From positions 128,001 to 192,000 of the forward strand of contig CAVVKN010000010.1 in NCBI GenBank assembly GCA_963748825.1: a stretch of 64,000 nt of DNA, in the 5' to 3' direction. This document shows, piece after piece, positions 62,138 to 64,000 of the stretch (position 1 is the first letter of the stretch; each line of letters begins with the position of its first letter). A program made the position numbers and the translations under genes. Source of the stretch: Methanotrichaceae archaeon (GTDB lineage Archaea > Halobacteriota > Methanosarcinia > Methanotrichales > Methanotrichaceae). The notes below the pieces were generated by a model. That model saw nothing but the letters and a program-made list of their open reading frames with translations, was not told the origin of the DNA and did no database searches.

Positions 62138-63137
62138 ATGAGGCAGTTTGCAAAGCCGAAGGTGGTTATCAGCAAGTGCATCGAGTTTGACCATTGCCGG
62201 TACGATGGCAGCATGATCCCCAGCGATTTCGTCCAAGCTCTAAAGCCCTATGTAGACTTCCTTCCCGTTTGCGCCGAAATGGAGATTGGCCTTGGAGTTC
62301 CCAGAGATACTGTGAGGATTGTATCGGTTGACAGTGAGATCAGGCTCATGCAGCCGGCCAAAAACCTTGATGTAACAGACAAGATGATGGACTTTTCCAA
62401 CCGCTTCCTGGCCTCCTTGCCGGAGGTGGATGGCTTCATTCTCAAGTTCCACTCGCCATCTTGCGGCATGAAGGATATCAAAGTCTATTCCTCCGCAGCC
62501 AAGTCGGGAGCAACATCTAAAGCGACAGGCTTCTTTGGAGGAGCCGTGGTCAAGTCGTTTCCCGATCTTGCCATAGAGGATGAAGGCAGACTGAGAAATT
62601 TTAATATCAGAGAGCACTTCCTGACCAAACTTTATGCCCTGGCAAGCTTCCGGAAAGTCAGAAGTGAGGGTGAGGTTTCCGGTTTAGTTCAATTCCAGGA
62701 AGCCAATAAATTTCTGCTGATGGCTCATAGCCAGAAGGAGAGCCGGATTTTGGGAAATATTGTCGCAAATCACGAAGGCCTGGATTATGCAAAGCAGGCT
62801 GCTCATTACAGGGAGCATCTGGCAAAAGCGCTCCACAGGCCGCCTAAGAGCAGCATTAAAGGCCAATGTGTTCATGCATTGCCTGGGATATTTTAAAGAT
62901 AAACTCTCTTTGCAGGAGAAGGAGCATTTCCTGCAGAGCATCGAGAGATACAAGAATAAGAAAATTCCCTCAAGCGTTCTGCTGGCTATGCTGCAGAGCT
63001 GGATAGTTCGCTTCAGCGAGGAATATGTAAAGAATCAGACCTTCTTTGAGCCTTTCCCTGAGGAGCTTGTAGAGCTTTGCAGAGATTCGCAATGCGAATG
63101 GGCGGGAGAAGAGCTCTTCCTGGGCCGAGGGGTGTAA
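62138..63137 (+). pseudogene. DUF523/DUF1722 (YbgA / 2-thiouracil desulfurase-like) gene with a frameshift near 62860
   Basis: SKC...CRYDG, C.E.EIGLGVPR, SPSCG, EDEGRL; NVFMHCLGYF...Q.FFEPFP continues in another frame. Confidence 0.8.
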
Positions 63138-63140
63138 AAT

Positions 63141-63767
63141 TTGGATAACTTTTCCGTCTATGTGGCTCTTTATCTTGTCGGCTTCGCAGCCTTGCACAGT
63201 CTTCTGGTCAGCCTGCCGGCAAAGAAGATGGCGAGAAAGCACTTCGGCTCCAAGGTAGATCCCTGGTACCCTATGTTCTTCAGCACTATTGCAGTTATTA
63301 CTATCCTTCCTCTTGTGATTATGCTAATCCGGTCTCCCGGCCCGGTGCTTTATATCGTTCCCCGGCCATGGATCTGGCTTTTCTTTCTGGCCCAGCTCCT
63401 CATGGGAATTGCCACTATGAGGGCTTTCCTGGACGCGCCTCACCGGTTCCTGATTCGTGCTCAGCTTACCAAGCCCCAAAGCCCGGATGCATTTGCTCTG
63501 GGGATAAAAGGGATCTATTGCTGGATTCGTGATCCTTTTCTGCTGTCCGGCCTTATCCTCATCTGGCTCACGCCCTTTATGACCGAGAACCTATTTTTGG
63601 TTTACCTCATAGCCTCCGTCTACCTATTCCTGGGCTCGCTTCATTGGGAGAGCAGGCTTCTCATTCAGTTCGGCGAGGATTACGTCGCTTACCAGAATGA
63701 AGTTCCACGCATGATTCCCCATAGAAATAAAAGGTGGAAAGGATGCCGCAGCAAAGACAAAAGATAG
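63141..63767 (+). CDS. ICMT/NnrU-like membrane methyltransferase-family protein
   Basis: TM helices; GIY.WIRDP, E.RL..QFGEDY..YQ..VP. Confidence 0.8.
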   Translation: MDNFSVYVALYLVGFAALHSLLVSLPAKKMARKHFGSKVDPWYPMFFSTIAVITILPLVIMLIRSPGPVLYIVPRPWIWLFFLAQLLMGIATMRAFLDAPHRFLIRAQLTKPQSPDAFALGIKGIYCWIRDPFLLSGLILIWLTPFMTENLFLVYLIASVYLFLGSLHWESRLLIQFGEDYVAYQNEVPRMIPHRNKRWKGCRSKDKR

Positions 63768-63862
63768 CATTCTTTCTAAAATATAGTCTAAATAGATCCA
63801 TTAACTTTAAATCTTTCAAACGCGTAATTATATGACTGTTTAGATTATGGGTAGGTGGAAGA

Positions 63863-64000
63863 ATGGCAAGTACTTTAGACGAATATAAAAGGCTCTTTCG
63901 AGAGGCTCACGTCTCGGACCAGATGAAACTGTTCCAGCTTCACATTGCAATCTATCTGGTAGTGAACATAATTTGGCTGGCCCTAAACATGATGGGCACG
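63863..64000 (+). CDS. 2TM-domain protein (runs off the window end)
   Basis: MASTLDEYKR...FQLHIAIYLVVNIIWLALN. Confidence 0.7.
   Translation, partial: MASTLDEYKRLFREAHVSDQMKLFQLHIAIYLVVNIIWLALNMMGT

Overview
Archaeal genomic DNA, almost certainly from the acetoclastic methanogen Methanothrix (Methanosaeta). Evidence: three tandem AMP-forming acetyl-CoA synthetases, DGGGP synthase, archaeal GluRS, aEF-1beta, DtdA, Trm5, archaeal CobT and a PGF-CTERM surface protein. Most of the window is housekeeping and surface/stress genes, plus tRNA-Ala(CGC). Decayed material is scattered through it: an internally deleted IS1, a cas4-cas1 fusion relic, telA/TPR/rhodanese fragments and two families of small palindromic intergenic elements. 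I see no CRISPR array. The most notable observations are (1) a stand-alone Cas4-family nuclease split into two overlapping genes, each carrying its own predicted membrane helix (51625-52427), and (2) a cobT / Zn-dehydrogenase / divergent TrpD-like cluster whose phosphoribosyltransferase has altered anthranilate-site motifs. All calls come from reading motifs by eye; no database searches were run.
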